A stretch of 64,000 nucleotides of DNA from Utricularia gibba (Eukaryota > Plantae > Magnoliophyta), in the NCBI GenBank assembly GCA_002189035.1, contig NEEC01000004.1, positions 682,001 to 746,000 on the forward strand, given 5' to 3'. The position numbers were made by a program, and so were the translations under genes. How positions within the stretch are numbered: position 1 is the stretch's first letter; every line of letters begins with the position of its first letter. Below, in pieces: positions 13,025 through 26,597 of this stretch. Below the pieces are notes generated by a model. It saw nothing but the letters and a program-made list of their open reading frames with translations. It was not told where the DNA came from and searched no databases.

Positions 13025-16000
13025 ATGGATAGCCTTATTGTTAATGACCCATCATCTGCCAAGATTCCAAAAGATGATGGTCAGCGAGTTAGGTTCCTTT
13101 GTAGCTTCTCTGGTAGTATAATGCCAAGGCCTCGGGATGGAAAGCTTAGATATGTTGGGGGTGAGACTCGTATCATGAGTGCTCCACGGAACATAACTTA
13201 CAACGAGCTGATGGAAAAGATGAAAGAGCTTTTTGAAGGCGCAGCTGTGATGAAATACCAGCAATCAGATGAGGACCTTGATGCTCTGGTCTCTGTAGTG
13301 AATGATGACGATCTCACCATTATGTTGGAGGAGTATGATAAATTGGGGTCAGGGGACGGTTTTACTCGGCTGAGGATTTTCTTGTTTGCATCTCCAGATC
13401 AAGACATTTCTGTTATCTTTGGTCATGGAGATGAAAGGGATAATGAGAGAAGGTATACGGATGCATTGAACAGCCTTAACGAATCTCCAGATTTTGGAAG
13501 GCACCATGGTGAGTCTCTGGCAGCTGGGTTTCTGAATGATGTGAGTGCTTCTGAGCAGTACCTGAATCAGATAAGTGGTGATAGCAGCCCTGCTTTTCGT
13601 AGAAACTTGGAGTTGCCGATGGCTCAGATGAATTTAAGCACCTAACAATTCCTCGTCGAGGCTCAGGGCAGTTCCAGCAAGCTGTAAGTCACAAGTATAA
13701 TGAGATGGAGGCACCATGGAGCCCTGCATACTATTCTCCAAGGCATCCAGTTGCTGTGGATCAGAGGCTAGTTTCTGAAGGCCATGCATCACCTTCATCT
13801 TCTTTTTATCATATACCATATGGGGATTATGTAGATAAAAATTTTGATTCCGTTGGTGAGGGTAACCTGCCTCCAGTCGAGCAACAACCTCCATATGCAG
13901 ATAATGTTGTTTTGCTTCCTACAGGAGGTGTTGTTAATCTAACTCATAACCATGACCCAGGTTCCAGCAGCTATGAAGCAAATAATATTTGTGAAAATTG
14001 TCAGACGAGATTTCGTAGACATCAAGTTTATCCAAGTTCTTATCAAAGGTCTGGTGAACAACCTAATCTTGATGCCCCCAATTCATGTGTTGAGTGCCCT
14101 CCAGGCCGGGAACTTTTTGTTTTAAATTCAGCTGCAAACATCTACTGCAGGGAAAACAGTGATAATAGACACATTTACACTGAGACTCATCCTCAAGGGT
14201 GGACATCACTGCATCAACAAGTTCCTTTGTTTGAGGAGCCAAGAGCTCATTTGTCTGCGGCTGGTAGAGTGATGGATGGTTACATTGTGGATAATGGCAT
14301 GAAATTCCCAGTTGGGCATGAGAATGTGAGTGATGAACAGCTTACGAAATCACTTTTTTTGTTTATCACAACCATCGGGTTGCTCATTCTAGGTTTTAAC
14401 ATGGTAATCATTGGTTTCAGGAACCGGCTCTAGCACCTGGATCACAGGTGAGCCAGCTACATGTGGAAGAGCGTGGTGTTCGGTATGGGAATTTTCCTCC
14501 ACAAACTGTTGGGAGAAATGCTCATGGCCTGTCACAAGGGACTTACTCGTATGAAACAGCTATTCCACCTCAGTTGGTCAATAGGCCTGTTCCCATGAAA
14601 TTCACGAAAGGGAATTCAGACGACAGCCCCTGTGGTGTAACTGCACCAGAAAATCTAAACAGTTGTGTTGAATCATCACAGGGGGTCATGGGTTGTGATT
14701 TTGCTGCAATGCCAGAGTACTCCCATGCACAGGAAGTAAAGCTGGTTTCGAATGCATTAGTTCTGGAGAATCCTATGGAATATGTTCATTTAGGGGGTGC
14801 TTTGGTCGAGCCTGCATTATCAAATGATCCTCTTACCACAACTAATAGATCATCGTTAGTAGATGGTGTTTCTGTGGCCGTTGCTGCATATACTCTAGAC
14901 TCACAGAAAGATTCTGAAACTAGTAAAACATTTAAAGTAAATGAAAGCAGTTTTGATGATGATACTTGTCTGAGAAATGGTCAAGAAGCAACCGGAGTTT
15001 CTGGTGTCTGTGGTACAACTGACAGGAATCCGGAATTTTCAGATGTGCCCATCAATGTGGCTATGGCTGCGAATCTAGATGAAGGTATGGGAGCTTTGCA
15101 GAATCTTCCGGAAAACCAACTAGAGTTCTTACCTGAGTTAATCGCATCTGCAAAAGAAGCAGCCTTGAAGAGTTTGAAGGACATAAAGGCTGAAGTTAGG
15201 GAAGATAATGAGCTGAGCAATGAGCATGAAGACAATTCTAGGGATGATGCTAGAATTCATGGCGAGGTAACCTTTAATTCATTATTCATTAGGTTCCAAA
15301 TTTTAATCAGTTAATAAAGCTCCTTGAATTTTGTAGTATGGCCATGATGAACTGGAGGCTGATTCTGATAATGAAACTGCCACCCCCAGAAACATAGAGC
15401 TGATGAAGGCAGAAGCCGAGGCAATTGACAGGGGATTGCAGGTGCACACTTTGTTGGTTTTCACTATGAACTATACATAATTGCCGAGTCAGTTCGCTCT
15501 AGCCATTACGTGGCTACCTGCAGGCTTAATTTCTGAGTTTATGTATATAAATGTAGACCATTAAAAATGAAGATTTGGAGGAGATTCGGGAGCTAGGTAC
15601 TGGCACATATGGTTCTGTATATCATGGGAAGTGGAGGGGATCGGATGTGGCAATAAAAAGAATAAAACCCAGCTGCTTTGCTGGAAGGCCATCTGAAAGG
15701 GAGCGTTTGGTATGTTCATTGTTCTCTAACGTGTTAAATTATGGTTATGATCCGCATGCGGAGAATTACTATGATTTCTGTCATAAACTGGGAGTTGGTT
15801 TAGATCTTTTCAACTCTTTTTAATGCCACCTAATTCATGCGTAGTATGCTGATTTCTGGAAAGAAGCCGTGTTGCTGTTTTCATTGCACCATCCAAACGT
15901 TGTCTCTTTTTATGGAGTGGTTCGTGATGGCCCTGATGGATCACTAGCTACGGTAACAGAGTTCATGGTTAATGGATCTTTAAAACAATATTTGCGGAAA

Positions 16001-16868
16001 AAGGACAGGTAAGTTTTGTTTCCCAGAATCACGCAGTCTTGTTTGATGCTGACCACAGACGTGGATAATTTATATCTCATGTGATTACAGAACAATAGAC
16101 AGGCGTAAGAGGCTACTTATTGCAATGGATGCTGCTTTTGGTATGGAGTATTTGCATGGTAAAAATGTTGTCCATTTTGACCTGAAGTGTGAAAACCTGC
16201 TGGTAAACATCAGAGATCCACATCGTCCAGTGTGCAAGGTACCTCAATTTAGGATAAAAATTTTACATGGAATACTTTTTTCTGCGCATTACAATCTCAT
16301 CTCCCCCTATATTTCATGGATATGCTTTCATGAATCTAGATCGGAGATCTGGGATTATCGAAGGTTAAACAACACACCTTAGTATCAGGTGGGGTTCGTG
16401 GTACTTTGCCATGGATGGCACCAGAACTCCTCAGTGGGAAGACCAACATGGTCACGGAAAAGGTAATCTCAAACCAAGCAATGCATACAACCGCACTGAA
16501 TTATGCACCTTACTGCGCACTGTTGCTTGCACAGATCGATGTTTATTCCTTTGGAATCGTCATGTGGGAGTTGCTTACTGGTGATGACCCTTACGCAGAC
16601 ACGCACTGTGCTGCTATAATCGGTACGCTCTAAACCCTAAGCAACAAACAGTCTTTCAGGAATCCATATTGTTGCAATCACCAGCCTGTTTTCTGATTCA
16701 GGTGGGATCGTGAACGGCACCCTACGCCCTGAGATTCCCACATGGTGTGACCCTGAATGGAAGGCGCTGATGGAGAGATGTTGGTCCTCCGATCCATCCC
16801 AAAGACCATCATTCTCCGAAATCTCCCAGACATTGAGGACCATGGCGTCAGCCATGAATCCCAAATAG
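13025..16868 (+). CDS. PB1-domain B4 Raf-like MAPKKK; one apparent -1 frameshift near 13638
   Basis: PB1 region [30 protein letters not shown]...[15 protein letters not shown]. Kinase motifs [61 protein letters not shown]; stop 16866-16868. The frame breaks between QMNL and [10 protein letters not shown]. Confidence 0.9.
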
Positions 16869-16898
16869 CTTTCACTTCAACCCTCAACTTCATGCCTG

Positions 16899-16937
16899 CT
16901 TCTTCTTCTTCTTCTTCTTCTTCTACTACTACTACTA
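16899..16937. repeat. Compound microsatellite (CTT)8(CTA)5 in the Raf 3'UTR
   Basis: Read directly from the sequence. Confidence 0.9.
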
Positions 16938-17616
16938 CCCTTCAGAGCATCAAACCGGGAAACCATGGCTTGTTTCATCCTCATCCCTCTTCAAGGTTAG
17001 TAGTATTTCCTTCCACCCCCTCAACTTCATCACGACCATCCCTGGAGTCTCCTTCCCATGGCGTTTGATCTGTGCAGAGAACTTTTGTTTTGCCCAAGAG
17101 GCTGCCGTACTATTACATCGGTGCTTCTGCATGTTGTCCGGAGCGAGTGCTTGTAGATACATATATATATCCATCTCTCCCCTGTAATAGATTTCCCTCA
17201 TGTGCATTTTCTCTATACAATAAAAATATATATCTTTATTTTTAATAAAAAAAGGTTTTTTTATTATATCTTACGATGAGTGGACAGCCAAGCTTTCTCT
17301 GTATGGCGGCTCGAGATGTGGGCCATCCCACTGTGGATTGCATTTTTTTTTCATTATTCTCACAAAAAAATGTTTAATTTCTATATTAAAAGAGCTCAAT
17401 TTCGTGTTTTAAATTATAATAAATCGATAAAAAAAATGCTGTATTTGATCGTCATTTTGGAAAAAATAGAGTAAATTTATTCTGAATAAAATGAAAGAGG
17501 AGAAGTTAAGGGGTCGTTTTAGCATCAATATTTCTTTTCTGCATATAAAAGAAAACTTGGCATCGCATCGTTCTTCTCCTCCCTCTTCCCTTGAAGAAGA
17601 AATAACATCTTGTTAA

Positions 17617-17949
17617 ATGGAGAAACACCAGAAACCGAACTCCAGGAGCAGCAGCAGCAGAAAGAAGAAGCAGCAGCAGGAGCAGGAGGAGCAGCCTCTG
17701 AAAGTGGTGTACATAGGAAACCCTATCAGGTTTGAAACCAGTGCTTCAGAATTCAGAGCTCTTGTCCAGGGACTCACCGGACAAGATGCACCTTCTTTCT
17801 TCGGCCCCGCCGGAGTTGCTGATGAGCAGGAAGGAGGAGCTACTGATGCAGTGGAAATGGTACAGAATGGATCCGGGCCTTCAGCTTGGAGAGAGTGCAA
17901 TGATTTCTTCTATCAAGATCTGGGTGAAGCTCTCAAAGTGCTCAAGTGA
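17617..17949 (+). CDS. VQ-motif protein, sigma-factor-binding protein (SIB)-like
   Basis: 110-aa intronless ORF with KVVYIGNPIRFETSASEFRALVQGLTGQD (FxxxVQxLTG). Confidence 0.92.
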   Translation: MEKHQKPNSRSSSSRKKKQQQEQEEQPLKVVYIGNPIRFETSASEFRALVQGLTGQDAPSFFGPAGVADEQEGGATDAVEMVQNGSGPSAWRECNDFFYQDLGEALKVLK

Positions 17950-18114
17950 GTTCTGCAAGAAAGGAAGAAAAAAAATGAAATTAGGGTTTCTTAGGTAAGC
18001 TGTCTGTGTCTCTTGCTTGATTGATCTGCGCCTTGCTTTGTTTGGTTGATGCAAAGATTCATCCTTTTAGGGTTTTTTTTTTACCTTTAAATGAACTCCA
18101 ATCTCAACCTCATA

Positions 18115-18156
18115 GAATACCTCCCAAACCACATGGAATACCTCTCAAACCACATG
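18115..18156. repeat. 21-bp tandem duplication
   Basis: gaatacctcccaaaccacatg / gaatacctctcaaaccacatg (one mismatch). Confidence 0.85.
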
Positions 18157-19769
18157 GAAATAGCTGACGACTTGGTTTGTGCAACAGACAAGCAAAAACG
18201 ATCATAACCCTTTAAACCCGTTGTTGATTAGGGTATTCGGCAGCAAGAATCCAAAACTTTGGGGACAAAGTGGGTAAGAATAGAGTAGAAGATCAGAGCG
18301 AAGGATGGTTCCTCGACACGCCCAAATTTCGCAATCTGGCAAGAAGGTGTGGATATGAGTGTGGGGGATCCAGTAGGAATTTAAAAAGCAGATGGGGTTT
18401 CCATTTGCTGCAGCCGGAACCATCAGACGACAAGAATGGGGGAGGGGGAACTAAACAAAAAAAAAAAAAAAAGTGGAGAAGCCATGCAAGTTGGCCATGT
18501 TTCTCTGGTCTACATAGTAAATACTATAACCAGGTTCATTTGGATCTATTTAGTCCAAAATACAGATACAATATGCATTATCAAGCAATAAAACCCATAC
18601 TTCCTCCTCTGCTGAGTAGCCAAGAGATCCAGTAGCAGTCATCAAAACAACTCATATCATGTATCAGAAGAAGAAAAAGAAGTTGTGTTTTGAAGAAGAA
18701 GAAGGGAGTGTGGTTGATGGGTTTGGTGTTAGTTGTGTGGTCGTGGTGTGGGGGGGACGGCTGAGCTGGGGGTGCTGCAACTTGCAGGCAGGCGGCTGCT
18801 GAAACTGCGTCCGTGTCTTATCTCTTCTTGCAACCCACCGGACCCAGATCGTCGTCATCATCATCATATCATCATGCTGCTGCTCTGCTGTACACTACAA
18901 GTCTAGAATAGAATAGAATAGGGTTGCACCGACAGTCAGCAACCCCATCCCCCATTACTCCACCCCATCTACTCGCTCTCCATCGCCATTCAAACAAAAA
19001 AAAAAAAAAAACCCACTTGCTCTCGACCGTCTGATTTAGTCGTACTAATATAATATTCATAATACCAGTTTTTTGAGACAGATATCATGAGAACTAGATT
19101 TCTGAATCACCTCTCCATTCTCTCCAAAAAAAATATCAATATTTTCAGCGTCATCGTGTATGTGAACGAATATACATAATAGAAAAAAGCCCCACGCCCA
19201 GTGGGCACTGCACATCTGTACAAGTTATGTTTTAAGAAAAGTACAATGCCCTTCACCCACAATTTTTGACACTGTTCGCAACTTTCTCCATTCATCCACA
19301 CTTCAACAAAAGCAACGTCATGATGAAGAAAACAAACAACACAAACAGAGGCACCTAAAATCAAGAAGGTCCTTCTCACAAATCATGAGTCAAGAAAAAG
19401 ACAAACATAATGTCATGACAGCAGCATCAGACTTAACTTTGAAGTTTCATCGTGTTTTCCATTGGTCAAGTCCCAATGCTTATTCATAGTATGGCTGCAT
19501 GATCACTACTACTCGGAAAACGGGGGCTGGTCTTGAAATGCTTGATGCCGATCTTTGACTGTTCCTTCGGGTGGCTGATCATATGCATGCAGGCGCGCGC
19601 ACACATACCTATCCCAGGACAGACATCTAGGTGTACATCCTGAAGACTTGGTGCAGCCTTAGGACGCAACCACTGGATCAAACAATTTCGACAACCTTCG
19701 GACTTTCGTGATGTTATCCCGCTTGAACAACCAGGTAGGCAGGCTCTCCACCCTCATGAGCTAAGTAAG

Positions 19770-20068
19770 CTGCACAAGAAGTGAAAGTGAGTGGTGCAAT
19801 AGAAGGACTCTTGTGAATTGCAATGGATGAAGGTGACACGAACCTATTCTCAGCATGGGAGCCCGCAACAATTCATCAAAATCATGCTCCATTAACTCGA
19901 TGGCGTAAGCCATTAAACTTCCCAAACCTGATCCACAATACTTGAAAAACCAGCAATGGAAACTGCCTCCAGTTTGATGAGAACCACCAGAAGGGATGCG
20001 TTAAAAGTGGGACAAGAAATAAAATAGGCCTATAGCTGGAAGGGAATGCACAATAAAAAAAGAGTTAC
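19770..20068 (-). other. 3'UTR introns of SMG7 (donor at 20068; second intron 19843-19770)
   Basis: On the minus strand a donor G|GTAACT lies 28 nt after the stop. A 74-nt intron AG|GTTCGT...ctttcacttcttgtgcag lies further downstream. Confidence 0.7.
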
Positions 20069-20096
20069 CAGTTCCATGCACACGCTCTGAACCTTG

Positions 20097-23000
20097 TCAC
20101 ACAAAGAACCGATCTCCCCAGGCTGAATTTCCCAGGTGTGGTTGAAAGGAATCCATCACCTTCTGACTGTCTTCCTGAAATTGCTGTGCTAGAGTTCCGT
20201 AATGCTTCATATATTCTGGAAAAGGGTAATCATGCAACGCTTGATTTCCATAACCAGTGTTCGTAGGGCCATATTGGCTTTCCGAAGCAAATGCATGCTT
20301 CCCTTGATCCATAGATTGCAATTTCAGTCCCACCAGATTCATGGAAGTGCTGAATCCAGAATTTTGGCTTGGGGGCAGCTGGTATCCGTCCAGCCACCTG
20401 TAATCATCCAATGCAGAAGTTTTGGGACTTTCACTTTTTGAGGCTATCCCATTCGAAGGATCATCCACAACCTTCGGACCTACTGTACCAAAGCCAGGTG
20501 GTGGGCCAACACGTCTAATAGGCCGACTTACCGGAGTCTTCTTCAATCCAGATGCTCCAAGAGGAAGAACAGACTCAAATGGTAGATGGGTTCGCAGAGC
20601 CTGAGCAGGACCATGACTAGTTGCTGCAATCGAAAACTGAGGAATGGGCAAAGGAACAGTAGCAGTCTGAGAGACTCCGACCTTGCCTTGCAGCTCAGGC
20701 ATCTCAAGGGGTGGATTCACCACCTTCTGGGTACCTAAATCATTTGCAACCCTGGATATATTTAAAGACCAACTAGGCATGCTAGGTTGGACAGGCAGCA
20801 AATACTGGGAAGCTCCACTAGCAATGCCGTTACCAAAAAGTGATGAAGGTGTTGTGGCAAAAGATGCGGCGGTCTGCAACAAAGTGTTGTTGGAAACAGA
20901 GAACTTATCATCAGCGCTAATATCAATCTTGCCATTTTCACTCGACGGAGAAAGATTAACCAAAGAAGCCAAATTGGAAGACATCTCCTCAATGCTCTTA
21001 TTTTCAGTGAATGGATTAAAGACAATAACCTCCTCTTCCTCCTCAGCATCTTCGTTACTTTTTGGCACAGCATACATATCCATTTTCCCACCCACCGAGG
21101 AATCTTGAAAAGCATTACCAAAATCATGCTCTAAATGGTCTATAACAGAACCATCATCATGGATCTCAGGTTCCAGGCCAAACACAAACTTATTCTGCTT
21201 TGAATTGAAATATAATTTCCCTATGGAGGACTTAACAAAGTTAGCAAGAGCCTTTCCAGCAGCAACTATCCTTTGAACCCGTGAAATATTTTCTTTCTGG
21301 CCACCATCAGAAACAACAAAATCCTTCCTTGAAAAGTCAAGAATGCGTTGAGCAGGAAGAAGGGGAACAAATCCTCTCAACTCAATGTCCTCTGGCAAAG
21401 CAAGACGATTGCCGGTCTCATGTTCATCATAATTGCTCATGTTGGTGAAGCAGCTTTCATCTTCACCATTGTTAGCCAAGATATACCCAGTTGATAAAAG
21501 CTTGTTGAGAAAGGTGACACATCTGCTCCAATAAAAAGAACGCGCATTGGCTTCCTCCTCATCCACAGCATTAACAGCTACAAGATTTTCGTGACAGGCC
21601 AACCACTCGAAAAATACACCAATTCCAGGCAATAGAAAACTTTTTGAAGGATCTTTCAACTGATTACAACGGTCTACAATACAGCTCATAAAGTTGAATG
21701 TAGCAATAAAAGCATGCCGTAATAGAACTGACCGCTGTAGAATGTCTGCATATGATTGATTTTCATTTTCGCTTCTAACATTGTGAACAGTAAATATCAG
21801 AATGGCTACCATCCTGACAATGGCCAGTCCACACTCAGCAGCATCGGAACCAAAATTGAATTCCTCATCTGCCCCAGATGAAAGAAGCGCCACAAAGTCA
21901 TTTTTGGCAGACATGAGCAGCTCGGGAAAGGTCTCTAGGCTGTAATGGTATCAGGAAACAGTTTCAGTATCTTTATTTTAATCATATCATACTTACACAG
22001 CGCACTAAAATGCCAACAAACCTTGTTCGAGTAAATAAGATTCCATTCAACCTAATAAAGCGAGTGGTGAAGTCTTTTTCTGTAACTGCAACAGCCGCAG
22101 CTTCTACCTTATTACCCTCGATGGAAGTCCTTGATTCCACTCTCTGTCTTACTTTGGATTCAAGCTTCGATGATGACAACTTTTTTATGGCGTTTTTCGT
22201 CACACTGACCAGCTGACTGTAAGTCTGGCGATTCTGAAACATAAAAGGTGTAAAGATTTATGAATTCGTCATTCCCATTTTGCAGTGTGACTACAAGTAG
22301 ATAAATACAAAGCATATTCACGCATAGAACTGGAAAGTTGAATGACCATGGTAATTAGCGAGCTACCTTCTCAAAAGCAATGATCAAGTTTTCTCTTGCA
22401 GTAACAAAAGGGTTTTCAGCTGCTAGACTTCGAAAATATCGGTAAACTGTCAAGAGTTCATCATTGGAATATCCAGCTAGAAGAGCTAACTGAAATAAAA
22501 TGGTACTCAATTAGAAATCGAATCAAACACAGCGGATCAAATGAACTGACATCGGAGAGCTAGTAAAAATGACATGGAAATCAAAAGAAACTCACCTGAT
22601 GATGTGGATTTCCACTTGATGGCCAGATGGAAGAAGCATGCATATAGTAACTCGAGGCTGCTGATAAGTCTCGAGTTTTAGAAGTCCCTTCCCCATACAA
22701 ACCCTTATAACGAGCAAGATCCCCCAGATAAATCAAGCAACGATGACAGGAAATCAAGCCTTTTTTAACCTCATCAGATTTGGCCCCATTCTTTGATTTA
22801 GGGATCTGAGTATCTGAAACATCAGAAAAATGCCCCAAGGGCAGCCCGTACTTTGCTCTTATCTTCACCATCATATCATGATAAAATCCAGTAGCCTCGG
22901 AAAGAAAACTTTTAAACTGGGAACGAATCTTAGCAAGTCGATGAGGCCCAGACTGAACTGCACTTTTCCCATTTGAAGGTGCACCAGATCCCACAGACGC

Positions 23001-23386
23001 CATGGCTGCATTGAAGAGTGCCCTGAGCTCCTCTATCCTTCGATAATGTAATTGCCAAAGAGCATATTCAACATCATGTTTTTCAGAGAATTCATGATCT
23101 TCAAGGACAATTGTTTCATAGTTTTCACGCATAGTTTGCCACTCATTAGGATCGAAATGAGTTCTCCTATGTGCAGCATCTCTTCTTTTCTTCTCCAAAT
23201 CAATATTCTAAGAAGACAATAATATCCCACCAACGTAGCCCAGTAAACGTTTATTAGAAGTTCCAAAAGTAAAAAGAAAGACACCAAAGAATACAACTCG
23301 TGAGCGCCTACCTTGTTGAAAATATTCTGGACACGGTCTCTTGATGATTTCGCTTTGCTGCTATCCATAGTTAAAGTCATGTCCAT
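20097..23386 (-). CDS. SMG7: Nonsense-mediated decay factor SMG7 (EST1/14-3-3-like TPR), 5 coding exons
   Basis: MDMTLTMDSS...RVQNIFNK|NIDLEKKRR...FDPNEWQTMRENYETIVLEDHEFSEKHDVEYALWQLHYRRIEELR, CHRCLIYLGDLARYKGLYGEG, IWPSSGNPHHQ|LALLA, RFIRLNGILFTRT|SLETF, LALPEDIELRGFVPLLPAQ, RRVGPPPGF, C-terminal WGDRFFV. Confidence 0.96.
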
Positions 23387-24685
23387 CAAAGAAAATGTCG
23401 CAGGTATTCAGTCCGTAGGATCCAACTTCGATATGGACATACAACATCGGCTCCTAGAAACAAACTGCAGCGTACCAGCCGTCAGCATATAAGATTGATC
23501 AAACAGCCCGTGGCACGAACACCTACAGCAAGCCTAGCCCTTGTATATTCACGCATTCATAAATTATCACAGACCTATTCATCATGTGAAGAACAGATGG
23601 CTCATCAGACGCGCAATAGAAATGATCTGAAAGAAATATTTTGAAAAAGAAAATCGAAACTAGAAATATCCACGCGAAGAAATATCAAGGGAGAGCATTC
23701 ATACCAGGAAATATAAAAGATAAAGCACGAAAATTTATCCAGCAACAATGAAGAAATCCTGTTTCCCTACCTGAGCGAGTAAAATGAAAAAAAAAATTAT
23801 GAAAAGAACAATTTCTTCCTACCGAAATAGGATTCTCTCAACCTGTAGCTGCACCCGGAGGCACGTTTACCCAAAACACGCCCACCACTAGATCTTCGGC
23901 GACAACAGCAACCACTCCTAGAGGCGAACAACGCAGAATCAGGGGGAGGGTTCACCGAAAGAAGCAAGAAAATCAAGATTCTAGAGGCTCTTCCGTCGGT
24001 GAAAAAGAATAATCCAATTTCGTTGAAATCGGAATGTGAAGAAAGAGGCGCCGATTGAATGGTACAACAGAAGAAGGATGACTTTTTAGCTGAAAAACAC
24101 TATTTCATATTTTACTCCCCTGAATCCCTAATTGCAAATATATATTATTATTAAAAAACGCTGACAGTGTTTTTTTTAAAAAAAATTATAAAAAAACTCT
24201 GCCGGGTATTGTGAAATGTGAACCCCTGTGACCGCCTACCGGCGATCTGTCTCTGCTACCTATTCCGCCTGAGAAGTTTTCCGCGCCCGAAAAGGTAAAT
24301 ACTTTGCTCGATCGTGGTTATGCTTATGGAATTTATGTAATTTGTAGTGCCTTTGAAGTGGGAGGTTCATTTTTAGTGTTTTGAATGAAGCTATTTTGAA
24401 ATGGCTTGGCACTTTGTGCGAGAAGGATTCAAAAAATTGATTGCCGGAGAACCATTTGCGTCATGCGAGTATGATGTATACCGTAAAAGATGAGCTATAA
24501 TCAGGGCTTGTCTCAATACCCATTCTTGTGGACGTGATTTGAGCAGAAGTAACAATGGCACACACTCTGGATGAGATTTCTTTGTGATTGTTGCAATGTA
24601 CTAAGTTTACTTCGTATCTCTTTTTTTTTTTTTTGTGGAAAGGATTTAACAGGAATTTGTGAAGTGACAAGGAAAAACTAAAAGA

Positions 24686-26244
24686 ATGACGGAACCTTTA
24701 GGTGGATCCGATCCTTCTTCTCCAGTGTCAGTTGCATCATCTACTCAGTCCAGGAGCAGCAGTAACACGGGTTTAGATGCCAATCGAGTTGCAGAAGTGA
24801 AAGCCTGGATTGTTTCTCAATTTGATGCAGTTGGTAAAGATGTTCCTGATTTTGAGTATACTTCGCGCAGCATTGCTCATCTACACAAGATTGCTTCTGT
24901 ATCCCAAGCCAAAACTCAAACTGCCACTATAGTAGCAAATGATTTCCGTCAAAAAGCAGCCGAGTATCGGTCTCAAGGTAAACTCTGCCAGCAATGCATG
25001 TATTTGGATTTGAATCGTTGCATCCTTCTTTATTTCCTTGTGGTCTATTCGTTATATGGCGGTAAAAAGAAATTGCCCTTAATGATGCCTAGGATACGAC
25101 CATTTTCTTTTTCTATTTAATATTGTTCTATATTCTACTTCTATCTTTAACTCCAGTTACATGGCGTGCGAATATGCTTGCTTCTTCCTCAGTGTAGTGG
25201 ATCTGACTTTGTGTGCTGCTCATGTTTCCAGCTGCTAGGGTAAGAGAGATACTGGAACATGTGGGATTGGTGCAAGATAGCTTGCCAATGAATGTGGTTT
25301 CATCTGCACAAATTCTTGCTAGTACTGCAAATTTGTTAAATATAAGGGACACTGAACTAAGTAGGTGAGTCATCCTAGTTCTGTACCTTCTATGATATCC
25401 CGACACTGCTAACTTATCTGTTTGAAATGTTTTTAGTTTTCTTGTAGCAATGTCTGATTTGTCTCTGCGAAAAACATCAGTGGAAGAGAAGAGGACGAAA
25501 GTGCAAAAGGAGTCCAAAGAACTTCTAGATTACACTCGCAAGGCTATAGCGAGATTGACTTATTTAAAGAGGTTACTGTTCCATCAGTTCTTACATTCTT
25601 CATCGAACAAAAAATTGGTCATTTTGTGTTACCTTTTATTTTTGTTGTGACACATGATGAAGGAGATTTATCTGCTTATTCTTTTTTCAGGGCCCTTGCA
25701 CAGTTGGAAGACGATATCCCTCCATGTGAAGCTCAAATGGATCACTGGAAGACAAACTTGGCAATTATGGAATCCAAGGAAAGACAGTATATGCAGCAAT
25801 ACTCCAATTACAAAGTAATAATCTGACCGCACCGAAGTATTATTCTGACAAATCATCTTTAGATGTGCCTCTTTCACCTAAGATATTACTATGGAAGTGA
25901 TGACTGCAACTGAATGTGGTACAGGCGATGCTAAATCGTGTTGGTTACAGTCCCGAAATAAGTCATGGGGTACTCGTCGAAATGGCAGAGCACAAGAAAG
26001 ATTTGGAGAAGAGGACCAAACCCATTCTTGACACACTGAGAAGCTACCAAGACTTGCCTCCTGTACTCTTTCTTTATTGCTGCTTACGAGCCATCAACTT
26101 TTATTCATGAACGTTAATATCTGACTCTTCTTTTAGGACAAGGCTTTGGCTGCCCTTGCTATTGAGGATAAAAAGAGACAGTATGCCGATGCTGAGAAGT
26201 ACCTTGAAGATGTGCTCCAATCAGCTCTGGCTTCCTCAGAGTAA
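24686..26244 (+). CDS. AUG1: AUGMIN subunit 1 (HAUS1), 6 exons
   Basis: RVAEVKAWIVSQF...PDFEYTSRSIAHLH, DFRQKAAEYRSQ|AARVREILE, RDTELSS|FLVAMSDLSLRK, ARLTYLKR|ALAQLEDD, SYQDLPP|DKALAALAIEDKKRQYADAEKYLEDVL; TAA 26242-26244. Confidence 0.94.
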
Positions 26245-26597
26245 TGCTTTTCGCATATTCCCTTTTGTTTTGTAATGGATTCAATACAGTGTGAGCTTTG
26301 GTCGTTAGCCTCTTTACTGGGATTGACATTGCACATTGGCGAATTCTTGCATTGACTTCAGAGCCTTCTGAAGATCATTCTATACTCCAACTACATCTCC
26401 CAATAGTGAATAGAGAGGCGGCTCAAGGGCGAAAAGTAAATATAGATGCCACATCATCACCAGTGAAGTGTCAGCTATGACAATGAGTTACACGTGTCAA
26501 TCTTTTATTCGCTGCCTTCGCATGAATTAGTAATGAACCCAGATCGAGCGCTTCACCTCGGCAAGGGGAACAGAATTGAGTGAAATCAAGGCCTTCC

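Noticed and set aside
18200-19100. Peptide gene, CLE motif (IPTGSPTL on the minus strand) or miRNA hairpin between the VQ gene and SMG7
   Set aside because: No signal peptide or preceding Arg for CLE, the ORFs are low-complexity, the stems are only 7-11 bp, and there is no match to conserved miRNAs I know.
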